Positions 33,839 to 43,640 of a DNA stretch of 64,000 nt are shown here, piece by piece. Numbering within the stretch: the first letter of the stretch is position 1; each line of letters starts with the position of its first letter. The stretch covers positions 68,936 to 132,935 of the forward strand of contig CACMRK010000002.1 of assembly GCA_902616075.1 (NCBI GenBank). The letters run 5' to 3'. A program made the position numbers and the translations under genes. The notes under the pieces are model-generated. The model searched no databases and was not told where the DNA came from. It was given only the letters and a program-made list of their open reading frames with translations. Source of the stretch: an uncultured Alphaproteobacteria bacterium. Its GTDB lineage: Bacteria; Pseudomonadota; Alphaproteobacteria; HIMB59; GCA-002718135.

Positions 33839-34404
33839 AAATAGATGGAAATGAAATTAAAGTTGGAAATATTTTAGAGATTAATAACAAACTTTGGAAA
33901 GTTTTGAAAACCCAGCATACTCAACCAGGAAAGGGTGGTGCCTACTTACAGGCTGAACTTAAAGAAATAAGAGAAGGTACTAAAATGAATAGTAGGTTTA
34001 GATCATCAGAAACAGTAGAAAGAGCTATCCTTGATGAAAAAGAATTTCAATATCTTTATGAGGATAATAATAATTTTATATTCATGGATAAACAAACTTA
34101 TGAACAAATAGAACTTGGCTCAGATATATTAACTGAGGATCAATCAAAATTTTTAGTTGAGAATAGCGATGTTATTATTAATTTTTATAATGAAAAACCG
34201 GTTGGAATTGACTTACCTGATACTGTAGAATTAACTGTTTTAGAAACTGAAGGAGTTGTAAAAGGTCAAACAGCTGCTTCATCATATAAACCAGCTACTT
34301 TAGAAAAGAATATTAAAACATCTGTACCTCAGTTTATAGCAGTTAATGATAAAATAGTAATAAGTACAATTGATGGTAGTTATATCGAAAAATCTAAAAA
34401 TTAA
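33835..34404 (+). CDS. efp: Elongation factor P
   Basis: PGKGGAY loop, YLY, KPATLE, VPQFI. Confidence 0.96.
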   Translation: MKIDGNEIKVGNILEINNKLWKVLKTQHTQPGKGGAYLQAELKEIREGTKMNSRFRSSETVERAILDEKEFQYLYEDNNNFIFMDKQTYEQIELGSDILTEDQSKFLVENSDVIINFYNEKPVGIDLPDTVELTVLETEGVVKGQTAASSYKPATLEKNIKTSVPQFIAVNDKIVISTIDGSYIEKSKN

Positions 34405-35180
34405 TGCAGCCTGCTGTAATTAATATCTTTGAAAAGGCAGTAAAAAAAGCTGGTAAAATATTGTTAAGAGATTTTGGAGAATTAGAAAATTTACAAATAC
34501 AATCTAAATCAGTTGGAGATTTTGTAACAAATGCAGATATTAAAGTCGAAAAAACACTTTTAGAAACTCTAAAATATTATTATCCAGATTATACTTACAT
34601 AACTGAAGAAACTGGTGAAATAAAAGGTGATGAAAACACAATTATTATTGATCCAATTGATGGAACATCAAACTTTATTCATGGAATACCTCATGTTGGA
34701 ATAATCGTTGCTAAAATGACAAATGATGAAATCACAGACGGTGTGATTTATAATCCAATTTTAAACGAATTTTTTTGGAGTTCTAAGGGTAAAGGTTCGT
34801 GGTGTAATAATAGTAGACTTCGAGTGTCAAACAGGCAAATTTTTTCAGATTGCTTGATAGGCACTGGTCTTCCGTTTGGAGAAAGAATTTATAAAAACTA
34901 TTTAAGTGAGATTGATGAAATCCTAAAATCATCTGCAGGAATAAGAAGACTCGGTTCTGCAGGCCTTGATCTTGCTTATGTTGCCTCAGGTAAATTAGAT
35001 GGTTTTTGGGAAAAAGATCTAAATTTATGGGATGTTTCAACGGGCATTCTTTTAGTTAAAGAAGCTGGGGGAAAAATTTCTAAAATAGATGGAAATCAAT
35101 GGGAAATAAATTCTCGTGATTTAGTCGCTTCAAATAATAAAATTCATAATGAATTAGTTAAAAAACTTACTTTACTTTGA
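34404..35180 (+). CDS. suhB: Inositol monophosphatase family protein SuhB
   Basis: DFVT.AD, EE, IDPIDGTSNF, RRLGSAGLDL, WDV. Confidence 0.92.
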   Translation: MQPAVINIFEKAVKKAGKILLRDFGELENLQIQSKSVGDFVTNADIKVEKTLLETLKYYYPDYTYITEETGEIKGDENTIIIDPIDGTSNFIHGIPHVGIIVAKMTNDEITDGVIYNPILNEFFWSSKGKGSWCNNSRLRVSNRQIFSDCLIGTGLPFGERIYKNYLSEIDEILKSSAGIRRLGSAGLDLAYVASGKLDGFWEKDLNLWDVSTGILLVKEAGGKISKIDGNQWEINSRDLVASNNKIHNELVKKLTLL

Positions 35181-35204
35181 AATCTATATAAATATAAGAC
35201 AGGC

Positions 35205-35432
35205 ATGAAAAAAGATATACATCCTAAATATCATGAAATAAACGTTGTTATGACTGATGGATCCACTTTTAAAACTAGATCTACTTGGGGTAAAGAAGGT
35301 GATACTCTTAAATTAGAAATTGATTCTAAATCTCATCCAGCATGGACCGGTGGTAAGGCTGGTCTTAATGAATCAGAAGGACAGGTAGCTAGATTCCAAA
35401 AAAGATTTAAAGGTCTTAAAATTAATAAATAA
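35205..35432 (+). CDS. rpmE: 50S ribosomal protein L31 (zinc-free type)
   Basis: [23 protein letters not shown]; no cysteines. Confidence 0.96.
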   Translation: MKKDIHPKYHEINVVMTDGSTFKTRSTWGKEGDTLKLEIDSKSHPAWTGGKAGLNESEGQVARFQKRFKGLKINK

Positions 35433-35621
35433 TTATTTAAAAAACTTTTCAGCATTAAGTTTTAAATTTTCCTTCTTTTTTATCTCATCTTGAACTCTTA
35501 GTATTTCAGTTTGAAGTTCAGAAATATAATTTTGCAAATCCTCAACACTGAAATCATCCAAATTTAATATTTTAACCGTCTTTTGTTTTTCATCAACTTC
35601 AAAAAAATCTGTCATAGTCAT
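35433..35621 (-). CDS. DUF1192 family small protein
   Basis: LDDFSVEDL..YI.EL..EI.R....I..K......AE.FFK pattern. Confidence 0.85.
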   Translation of the reverse strand: MTMTDFFEVDEKQKTVKILNLDDFSVEDLQNYISELQTEILRVQDEIKKKENLKLNAEKFFK

Positions 35622-35665
35622 ATTTTGTTATATATTATTTTTTGATTATATTATATGAGCCAATT

Positions 35666-36208
35666 ATGAAATATCCTTTAATGCCTAAAGCAACAGCAAT
35701 ATGGTTAGTTGAAAATACAGCTTTAACGTTTGATCAAATAGCTGAATTCTGTGGATTACATGAATTAGAGGTTCAAGGAATAGCTGATGGAGAAGTTGCT
35801 GTCGGTATGAGAGGTTATGATCCAATTGATAATAATCAATTAACAAAAGAAGAAATTGAAAGATGTGAAAAAGATGATGCAGCTCGTTTGAGTCTTATTA
35901 AGTCTGATGTAATTGAAGATTTACCACCAAGAAAAAAAGATTCTAAATATACACCTCTTTCTTTAAGACAAGAAAAGCCATATGCTATTTTGTGGCTTAT
36001 AAAAAGATATCCGACTGAATTAAGTAGTTCTCAAATTGCAAAACTTACCGGCTCAACAAAAAATACAGTAGAGGCCATAAGAAATGGTACATACAGAGAA
36101 GCAGTTCTTGAGGCAAAGAGTCCAATGGATGTTGGTTTATGTACTTATAATGATCTTGAAAGAACATTAAATAGAACTAGAACAAAAAAATTAGATCAAG
36201 AAAATTAA
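35666..36208 (+). CDS. trcR: DUF1013 family transcription regulator TrcR
   Basis: PLMPKATAIWLVENTALTFDQIAEFCGLHELEVQGIADG; start trimmed to ATG 35666. Confidence 0.9.
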   Translation: MKYPLMPKATAIWLVENTALTFDQIAEFCGLHELEVQGIADGEVAVGMRGYDPIDNNQLTKEEIERCEKDDAARLSLIKSDVIEDLPPRKKDSKYTPLSLRQEKPYAILWLIKRYPTELSSSQIAKLTGSTKNTVEAIRNGTYREAVLEAKSPMDVGLCTYNDLERTLNRTRTKKLDQEN

Positions 36209-36717
36209 CCATTTTTTATAACGTAATTTAGATAATATAACATCAAGATCATCCAAAATAATACCATTGAAATAATAAAAATCTGAAAGTTATATATTTT
36301 TATAACTCCGATGGGCTCACCAAGATAATAGGTTAAAGGTCCTAAAACTCCACTTAAAATAATTCCTAAAATTTTATAACTTTTAAAAAAAGTAAGAATT
36401 TCATCAAAAAGAGTACTAAAACTAAACCATAAAACAATCATCCATAATGGCAGAGTACCAAGTTTAGCAATAGTTTCAAAATCGTAAATTTGGAAATAAA
36501 CTAATAAAGTATCAAAAAAATATCCTGGAACTGAAATCAAAAGTGAAATCTTAATAAATTTTTGTTTATTATGATTAAAATAAAAATAAGTTAATAAGAA
36601 AATAATTCCAACCCAAACGCCCAACATAGGATTAGAAAATTTTGTTTCACCAAATACACAGGCTAACCAAGTTAGTTGATAGCCAGTTAAGACTAAAAAT
36701 ACTTTTAGTTTTTGCAT
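36205..36717 (-). CDS. DUF2878 family membrane protein
   Basis: YQLTWLACV, PLWMIVLW.SF, GPLTYY.G; downstream of cfa. Confidence 0.85.
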   Translation of the reverse strand: MQKLKVFLVLTGYQLTWLACVFGETKFSNPMLGVWVGIIFLLTYFYFNHNKQKFIKISLLISVPGYFFDTLLVYFQIYDFETIAKLGTLPLWMIVLWFSFSTLFDEILTFFKSYKILGIILSGVLGPLTYYLGEPIGVIKIYNFQIFIISMVLFWMILMLYYLNYVIKNG

Positions 36718-36719
36718 TT

Positions 36720-37913
36720 CTATTTTTGAATTAAGAAATGAGAAACATCGGTTGAACTATTTGCAAAACCTGTTTCACAATAAGATAGATAAAATTCCCA
36801 CATTCTTTTAAATTTAATATCGAAGCCAAACTTTGATAAATCATTCCAAGATTTTTGAAATTGTTTATTCCACATTTTAAGTGTTTTTGCATAAGAACCA
36901 CCGAAACTTAGATTTTCAATACATTTTAATCCAACGTGTTTTGCCGAATATTCAAATTGTTTTTTAGTTGGAAGCATTCCACCTGGAAAAATATATTGTT
37001 GAATAAAATCTGGTCTGTTTTGATAATCTTTAGCTTTTTTTTCATCAATTGTTATAACTTGTAGCGCAGCCATACCGCCATCGTTGAGAGAATTTCGAAT
37101 TGTATCAAAGTAATTATGCCAGTACTTCTTCCCAACTGCTTCAAACATTTCAATTGAAACAATATTTGAATATTTTTTTTTGATATCCCTATAATCTCTG
37201 AATATAACTGATACTTTTTCAGACAAACCTTCATTTTGAATTTTTTCAGAAGCATATTCGTATTGTTCCTTAGAAATAGTTATAGCATCAACTGAACAAT
37301 TGTAATTTTTCGCTACAAATGATGAAAACCCGCCCCATCCACATCCAATTTCTAAAGTTTTAGAATTTGAGTCTAATGATAAAGTTTCAGCAATCTTTCT
37401 ATATTTGTTAAATTGTGCATCCGATAAATTGGTATTCTTATTATCAAAAAGAGCAGAAGAATAGGTCATGGTTTTATCTAACCACTTTTCGTAAAAATTA
37501 TTTCCTAAATCATAATGATATTTAATGTTTTTTTTACTCTGTGATTTTGAATTGTTATTTAAAAAATGCTTTAATTTCGCAAAAGTAGCAAAAAAAAGAT
37601 TAGTATTTATGCTTTGTAAAAAATAACTCTCATTTTTGTGAGAAAGTAGTAATAAATTAGTCAAATCGGTGCTTGAAAAGTAACCATTCATATAGGCTTC
37701 TGCAAAACCTACAGAACCTTTTTTAAAAATTAAATTTAAAAAATTATAATTATGAATTGTTATACTTGCAGATATATCCTCCTCTTTTCCAACAAAAACT
37801 CTCTCCTCGCCAGTAGGAAATTGAACTGTTAATTTTCCATATCGAATTTTAGATAGAAAGTTTACTAATAATTTTTCGACAGTTTTATCAAAATTTGTTT
37901 TAAAAAAATTCAT
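36720..37913 (-). CDS. cfa: Cyclopropane-fatty-acyl-phospholipid synthase family SAM methyltransferase (CfaS/UfaM-like)
   Basis: HYDLGN.FY, MTYSSA, LEIGCGWG, SIEMFEAVG, YIFPGG, WEFYLSYCE. Confidence 0.93.
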   Translation of the reverse strand: MNFFKTNFDKTVEKLLVNFLSKIRYGKLTVQFPTGEERVFVGKEEDISASITIHNYNFLNLIFKKGSVGFAEAYMNGYFSSTDLTNLLLLSHKNESYFLQSINTNLFFATFAKLKHFLNNNSKSQSKKNIKYHYDLGNNFYEKWLDKTMTYSSALFDNKNTNLSDAQFNKYRKIAETLSLDSNSKTLEIGCGWGGFSSFVAKNYNCSVDAITISKEQYEYASEKIQNEGLSEKVSVIFRDYRDIKKKYSNIVSIEMFEAVGKKYWHNYFDTIRNSLNDGGMAALQVITIDEKKAKDYQNRPDFIQQYIFPGGMLPTKKQFEYSAKHVGLKCIENLSFGGSYAKTLKMWNKQFQKSWNDLSKFGFDIKFKRMWEFYLSYCETGFANSSTDVSHFLIQK

Positions 37914-38687
37914 TTAAAAATTACCTTCAAAACTCACTGTATCATTTGGCTTCTTTTTTCGTGCATAATATTTACCACCTTTGTAAATTATTTTTAAAGC
38001 TTCATAAAGAATTCCAGCCATTACCTTGAAGCCTAAAAGTGGATTATAATATAAAAATTTAAACATATTTTTTGAGTTAAAATCTATAAATTTGCCATGC
38101 TGAGAAGCTGTTAGAACTTTTTTATTATTTTTATCATAAAGATCAATGTTAATATTTATTGTATCTTTTTGCATTCGATTAAAAAATTTATAATTTGCCT
38201 CCATTTCTATAAATGGAGATACATAAAACTGCTTTGCACATTCATGAGATAATTTAAAATCTTCAAAATTTACATTTCCTTTAAAAATATAGGTATGTTG
38301 TTCATTAGTCGTATTTTTGACTTCATAGAAAATAGATATTAATTTTTTATCATCATAACAATATATAATTGATAATGGATCAAATACATATCCCAAAATT
38401 CTTGGAAAACATAATATCATTATATTAAGATGTTTATATTTAATATTAAATTTAGAGAGGGAATCCTTAACGAATGTCTTTATTGACCTTTTGTCTCTAT
38501 ATCCATGATCTTTTTCATAAATAGAAAAAAGATTAAAAGAGTTTAATGAAAAAAGTTTATAGTTTTTACTTAATTGATCTAGATTATCTAAATTAATAAA
38601 AAGACTTGGTGCCTCATATTTCAATGTGTGTTTAAATGGAATAAATCTTTTATGTATAATGCTAGATAATAGTATTTGAGAAATCAT
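37914..38687 (-). CDS. DUF1365 family protein (UfaO-like)
   Basis: HKRF.P..H, PRILGYVF.PLS, EVKNT..EQH.Y, K.FYVSPF. Confidence 0.9.
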   Translation of the reverse strand: MISQILLSSIIHKRFIPFKHTLKYEAPSLFINLDNLDQLSKNYKLFSLNSFNLFSIYEKDHGYRDKRSIKTFVKDSLSKFNIKYKHLNIMILCFPRILGYVFDPLSIIYCYDDKKLISIFYEVKNTTNEQHTYIFKGNVNFEDFKLSHECAKQFYVSPFIEMEANYKFFNRMQKDTININIDLYDKNNKKVLTASQHGKFIDFNSKNMFKFLYYNPLLGFKVMAGILYEALKIIYKGGKYYARKKKPNDTVSFEGNF

Positions 38688-39979
38688 TTAAAACTAATTT
38701 GCAGTCTATTATAAAAATTTTTCTCTCTCTTCCAAGGTAAATCACAATTTAATAATTTACAAATATAAGAAGATGATTGAATACCATCTTCATGAAAACC
38801 ATATCCAAGATAAGCTCCACAGAAAAAAGTATTATTCTTTCCTTGAATTTCCATAACGTTTTTTTGAGCTAAAATAGTATCGGTGGTATATATTGGATGA
38901 TTAAATGTTGTTTCGTTAATTATATTTTTAGGCTTTTTATATGGATTTACAGTTACAAAATAATTTTGTTTGGTTGGTAATTTTTGCAAGAAATTCATCC
39001 AATAGGTTAAAGTAAATTTAGAAGATGATGACTTATTTAAAAAATTCCAACTCGACCAAGCAATTTTTGATTTAGGCATTAAAGAGTGGTCAGAGTGAAG
39101 TATTGCTGAGTTAGTTGAATATTTAAATTGTGAAAATATTTTTACTTCTTCTTCTGTTGGTTTTTCCAAAATATCCAATACTTTATTTGCATGGGTTGCG
39201 AATATTACCTTATGAAATTCTAATATATTATTTTTCTCATCTTCTATTTTAATTTTACTATTTTCTCTAATAATTTTTTTAATTTTGAAATTTGTTTCAT
39301 ACTCAAAAACATTTTTATTAATAATTTTTTTTATATATTCGTTACTACCACCTTCTACGTATTTCCATTGAGGCCTTTTTTTTAAATTAAATAAAGCATG
39401 ATTTTTAAAAAAATTAATGAATGTTATGAGAGGAAAATTTTTTACATCACTTATATTACTTGACCATATAGATGATATCATAGGTAAAATATGATAATTT
39501 ATTAGGTATGTTGAAAAATTATTAGTTTTTAAAAAATCATTTAAGGTTTTAGTTTGCTCTAAATCACTAACATTCAAGCTATTACATAATAAATAAAGCT
39601 TTCTTATTTCAAATAACATTTTAAAAAAATTAAAAGAAAACATATTTCTAAAATTAGCAAAAAGAGAAAATATATTTTTACCACTATATTCAATTTGAGG
39701 ATCTTGATTTGAGACGGCAAAAGACATATCTGAATTTTTGCATTTCACATCAAGTAATTTAAAAAAATTTGTTAAATCTGGATAATTATTTTCATTGAAT
39801 ACAATAAACCCTGTATCGACTGGGATTGTCTTTGTTGTTTCTTCAACATAGATAGTTCTTGTATGTCCGCCCAATCTATTATTTTTTTCAAATAAATGAA
39901 CATCATATTTTGAAGACAAAAGGTAAGCTGCACTTATTCCTGAAATACCAGAACCAATAATTGCTATTTTTTCTCTCAC
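38684..39979 (-). CDS. FAD/NAD(P)-dependent oxidoreductase (UfaD-like desaturase)
   Basis: GSGISG Rossmann motif, GGHTRT, VDTGFIVFN...YP, WSSWN, GFHEDG. Confidence 0.88.
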   Translation of the reverse strand: MREKIAIIGSGISGISAAYLLSSKYDVHLFEKNNRLGGHTRTIYVEETTKTIPVDTGFIVFNENNYPDLTNFFKLLDVKCKNSDMSFAVSNQDPQIEYSGKNIFSLFANFRNMFSFNFFKMLFEIRKLYLLCNSLNVSDLEQTKTLNDFLKTNNFSTYLINYHILPMISSIWSSNISDVKNFPLITFINFFKNHALFNLKKRPQWKYVEGGSNEYIKKIINKNVFEYETNFKIKKIIRENSKIKIEDEKNNILEFHKVIFATHANKVLDILEKPTEEEVKIFSQFKYSTNSAILHSDHSLMPKSKIAWSSWNFLNKSSSSKFTLTYWMNFLQKLPTKQNYFVTVNPYKKPKNIINETTFNHPIYTTDTILAQKNVMEIQGKNNTFFCGAYLGYGFHEDGIQSSSYICKLLNCDLPWKREKNFYNRLQISFK

Positions 39980-39980
39980 A

Positions 39981-41402
39981 TCAACTAATAGTTTTAAATG
40001 CTGATAGTGCTCTATTTCTTGTTTCTTTTAAATCTACAATTGGTGCTGGATATGAAGTACCAATCTCAAAATTATATTTCTTTTGATCCTCCATAGACAT
40101 CTCCCAAGGATTATGAATATATTTTTTAGGAATATTATTCAACTCAGGAACAAATTTTTTTACATAATCACCATCTGGATCAAATTTTTGACCCTGCAAT
40201 ATTGGATTAAAAATTCTAAAATATGGACTTGCATCAGCACCACAACCAGAGATCCATTGCCAACCTGCAGAATTAGACCCAACGTCAGCATCAACTAAAG
40301 TATCAAAAAACCACTCTTCCCCATTTTTCCAGTGTAACAATAAATTTTTTGTTAGAAACGAGCCTACAATCATTCTTACTCTATTATGCATCCAGCCTGT
40401 TTTATATAGTTGTCTCATTCCAGCATCAACAATTGGAATACCAGTTTTACCATTATGCCATAATGATAAATTTTTAGCATTTTTAATCCATGGAAATTTA
40501 TTAAATTTACTTTGTATAGGTTTATGAGTCATATGTGGATAATGAAATAAAAGATTATAAGAAAAATCTCTCCAGCCAAGTTCAGCAAGAAATTTTTTTT
40601 TATTTTCAGGTTCAATTTTTTTTTCAATATTTACGGTATCATAAACTTCCAAAGCTGATATTTCTCCAAAATGGAGATACGGTGATAATTTTGAAGTTAA
40701 ATCTTTATCGGGTCTATCTCTTCCAACTGAATAGTTATTTGCTTTTTGCGAAATATATTTTTTTAATTGTAATTTTGCATTACTTTCACCAGGTATCCAA
40801 TATTTTTCAATTTTTTTGATCCATTGCTCTTTTTTGTTTGTTAGATTTAAATCTTGTATAGTTATTTCATTTTTAAATTTTGAATTGGCGTAGATTATTT
40901 TTGTATTTTTAAATTTAATATGTTTTAGTTTTAGTAGCTCATCACAATGTCGCCAGTAAGGGGTAAATACTTTAAAAAAGGTTCCACTTTTATTTTTAAT
41001 ATTCCAAGGTTCATTTAAAAGATATCCATTGTGCGAGTCGCATTCTATTTTAGATGAGGTAACTATAGATTTAATTTTAGTATCTCTTTTAATTGAATAT
41101 GGATCATATAGTCTATTCCAGGATACATGTTTAACATTTGAATTCTTTAGTATTGAAGATATAATTTTCTCTGGATCACCAGCAAATATATTTAGTTTGC
41201 CATTATGTTTTTGTATTGAGTCATATAAACTAATTAAGGATTTTTCTAACCACCATTTGGATGTGGATCCAATTCTTTGATTTAAATCTAAAATATAAAT
41301 TGGAATTATCTGATCAACTTTTTTTGAAAGTGACAATAAAGATGGATTTTCTTGTAATCGCAAATCTTGTCTAAACCAATGAATTCCATAAGTGGCTACC
41401 AT
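39981..41402 (-). CDS. phrB: Deoxyribodipyrimidine photolyase (class I CPD-type)
   Basis: WFRQDLRL, SKLSPYLHFGEIS, WRDF, GWMHNRVRM, GWQW..G.GAD..PYFRIFNP. Confidence 0.93.
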   Translation of the reverse strand: MVATYGIHWFRQDLRLQENPSLLSLSKKVDQIIPIYILDLNQRIGSTSKWWLEKSLISLYDSIQKHNGKLNIFAGDPEKIISSILKNSNVKHVSWNRLYDPYSIKRDTKIKSIVTSSKIECDSHNGYLLNEPWNIKNKSGTFFKVFTPYWRHCDELLKLKHIKFKNTKIIYANSKFKNEITIQDLNLTNKKEQWIKKIEKYWIPGESNAKLQLKKYISQKANNYSVGRDRPDKDLTSKLSPYLHFGEISALEVYDTVNIEKKIEPENKKKFLAELGWRDFSYNLLFHYPHMTHKPIQSKFNKFPWIKNAKNLSLWHNGKTGIPIVDAGMRQLYKTGWMHNRVRMIVGSFLTKNLLLHWKNGEEWFFDTLVDADVGSNSAGWQWISGCGADASPYFRIFNPILQGQKFDPDGDYVKKFVPELNNIPKKYIHNPWEMSMEDQKKYNFEIGTSYPAPIVDLKETRNRALSAFKTIS

Positions 41403-41448
41403 GAGTTTAAATTATGTTAATTTAGAATAAATTAAAGAGGTAAATCTA

Positions 41449-41643
41449 TTATTTACTATGAGGAGGCATTTTTTTCTCTACGAACCAAACGTGTTTTTTT
41501 AACACAGGATCATATTTTTTCATTCGAAGCTTTTCAGCAACTTTCAATCCTTTTGTGGGTTTTCTTACAATATACTTAGTTCCAGTTTTTGGATTTTCTT
41601 CAGGTACTAGTTGTTTAAGAGCGAATGAAGTTTTTTTTGCCAT
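41449..41643 (-). CDS. rpmG: 50S ribosomal protein L33 (atypical long variant)
   Basis: KLRMKKYDPVLKKHVWFVE C-terminal motif. Confidence 0.85.
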   Translation of the reverse strand: MAKKTSFALKQLVPEENPKTGTKYIVRKPTKGLKVAEKLRMKKYDPVLKKHVWFVEKKMPPHSK

Positions 41644-41684
41644 GAGATGTCTATACAGAATAATTATATGAAATAAAGTATTAT

Positions 41685-42620
41685 TTATTCATAATCAGAA
41701 ATTGACTGCTTAATAAAACGGTTAAAATTTCCTCTTTTTTTATCAAGTTTAATTTGTTTATTTCTTTCAAGTAAGTTTTTTTTCTTTTCTTCAGATGTTT
41801 TATCAAAACAATTATGACAAGATACACCTGGTTCATAATATTTATTATAAGTATCTTTAATACTAATGGGTATCCGACAAGCATGACAAAGTTTGTAAGT
41901 TCCATCTTCTAATTCATTTTTCAAAGATACTCTTCCATCAAATACGAAACATTCACCATTCCACATTGAATCTTTTTTTGGAGTTTTTTCTAAATACTTT
42001 AGTATACCTCCGTCTAACTGAGCAACATTTTTAAAACCCTTCATCATCATATATGATGAAGCCTTTTCACACCTGATACCTCCAGTGCAAAACATTGCAA
42101 TTTTTTTGTCTTTTGAATTATTTAGTTTTTTTTGAACAAAAGATTTAAAGTCAGTGAAACTTTTAGTTTTTGGATTAATTGCCCCTTCAAAAGATCCTAT
42201 TTTAACTTCAAATTCATTTCTTACATCAATCACAATAGTGTCTTTGTCTTTAATTAGTTGATTCCATTCATTATATTTAACTTTTTTTCCAGATATTTTT
42301 GTAGGATCAGCAAATTTGGTTCTGAGTGTGACTATTTCATTTTTATTTCTAATTTTTAGTTTTTGAAAAGGCATATATTTATATTTTGATCGTTTAAGAT
42401 TAAGTTTCTCAAAACTAAAATTTTCAAGATATAGAATGAAAGAATTTATATTTTTTTCTAAGCCAGCTATTGTTCCATTAATGCCTTCATCAGCAATCAA
42501 TATTGTACCTTTTATTTTATTAAATTTGCAAAAATCTTTAAGTTTAGTAATTATATCATTTTTATCTTTAATTATTTTGAATTGATAAAAAGTAATTATA
42601 GTAAAGTACTTGTTGTTCAT
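41685..42620 (-). CDS. trhO: Rhodanese-domain tRNA uridine(34) hydroxylase TrhO/YceA
   Basis: EGINGT, IDVRN.FE..IGSF, CTGGIRCEKAS, L.GGILKY, CFVFDGR. Confidence 0.92.
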   Translation of the reverse strand: MNNKYFTIITFYQFKIIKDKNDIITKLKDFCKFNKIKGTILIADEGINGTIAGLEKNINSFILYLENFSFEKLNLKRSKYKYMPFQKLKIRNKNEIVTLRTKFADPTKISGKKVKYNEWNQLIKDKDTIVIDVRNEFEVKIGSFEGAINPKTKSFTDFKSFVQKKLNNSKDKKIAMFCTGGIRCEKASSYMMMKGFKNVAQLDGGILKYLEKTPKKDSMWNGECFVFDGRVSLKNELEDGTYKLCHACRIPISIKDTYNKYYEPGVSCHNCFDKTSEEKKKNLLERNKQIKLDKKRGNFNRFIKQSISDYE

Positions 42621-42653
42621 TTATCTAATTAATATAAAAAACTTTAAAAATTT

Positions 42654-43547
42654 ATGTCTAAAGAAACCATTAATATTGTTAAAAATTTTCTCAATAGTTA
42701 TTCTATAGAAACAACTCCAAATGTTTACGAAAAATATGGAGGCTTTTCTGAATTTCTTAATAAAAATCATGACGTTTATATAACTTATTTACCAGATGAA
42801 AATTCAAAAAATGTTATTAGAACGGCAAAAAAATTAAAATTAGAAGGTTATGATGTTATACCTCATTTGCCTGCGAGAACTATTGTAAATAAAAATGACT
42901 TAGAAAAATATATTGGTGAACTTGCAAATGAATCTGGGTGTTCAAAAATTTTAATTATTGGTGGTGGTGGAAATCAAGCTGGCGAAATCTCTTCCTCAAT
43001 TGATGTTTTAAAAACAGATTTTCTTTCAAAATATAATTATCAATTTGTAGGTGTGGCTGGACATCCCGAAGGAAGCCCAGATATTTCAAATGAAAATTTA
43101 GATTTAGCAATTAAACAGAAGAATGATTTTGCAAAAAATGTTGATTTTAAAATGTATTTAGCAACACAATTTTTTTTTGAAGCTAAATCTTTAATCGACT
43201 GGGAAAAACACTTAGTAAAAATTGGAAATAAATTACCAATCCACGCTGGGATACCAGGTCCTGCCTCTATTAAAACATTAGTAAATTATGCAAGGTCTTG
43301 CGGTATTGGAAATTCTTTAAGATTTATTACAAAACAGGCTTTTAACTTAACTAAACTTGCAACATTGAGCACTCCTGACAAATTAATTTATGATCTTGCT
43401 GAACATAGCGAAATAAACAAAGACTCTAAACTTGAAAAAATACACTTCTATGCGTTTGGTGGTATGAAAAAAACATCAGAGTGGTTAAATCAATTTAATG
43501 ACTCAGATTTTTCTTATAATAATAAACAGAAATTCGAGTTAAATTAG
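42654..43547 (+). CDS. metF: Methylenetetrahydrofolate reductase (MetF-like)
   Basis: SIETTP, PHLPAR, AGHPEG, TQFFFE, CGIGNS, HFYAFGG. Confidence 0.85.
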   Translation: MSKETINIVKNFLNSYSIETTPNVYEKYGGFSEFLNKNHDVYITYLPDENSKNVIRTAKKLKLEGYDVIPHLPARTIVNKNDLEKYIGELANESGCSKILIIGGGGNQAGEISSSIDVLKTDFLSKYNYQFVGVAGHPEGSPDISNENLDLAIKQKNDFAKNVDFKMYLATQFFFEAKSLIDWEKHLVKIGNKLPIHAGIPGPASIKTLVNYARSCGIGNSLRFITKQAFNLTKLATLSTPDKLIYDLAEHSEINKDSKLEKIHFYAFGGMKKTSEWLNQFNDSDFSYNNKQKFELN

Positions 43548-43640
43548 CTTCTTCACAATTTTTTTATCTTTTAATGAAACAAAAGTTGTTTGATATTTAA
43601 GTTAATTTATAGATTAAGAATCTAATAATTAAGGAGTCTC

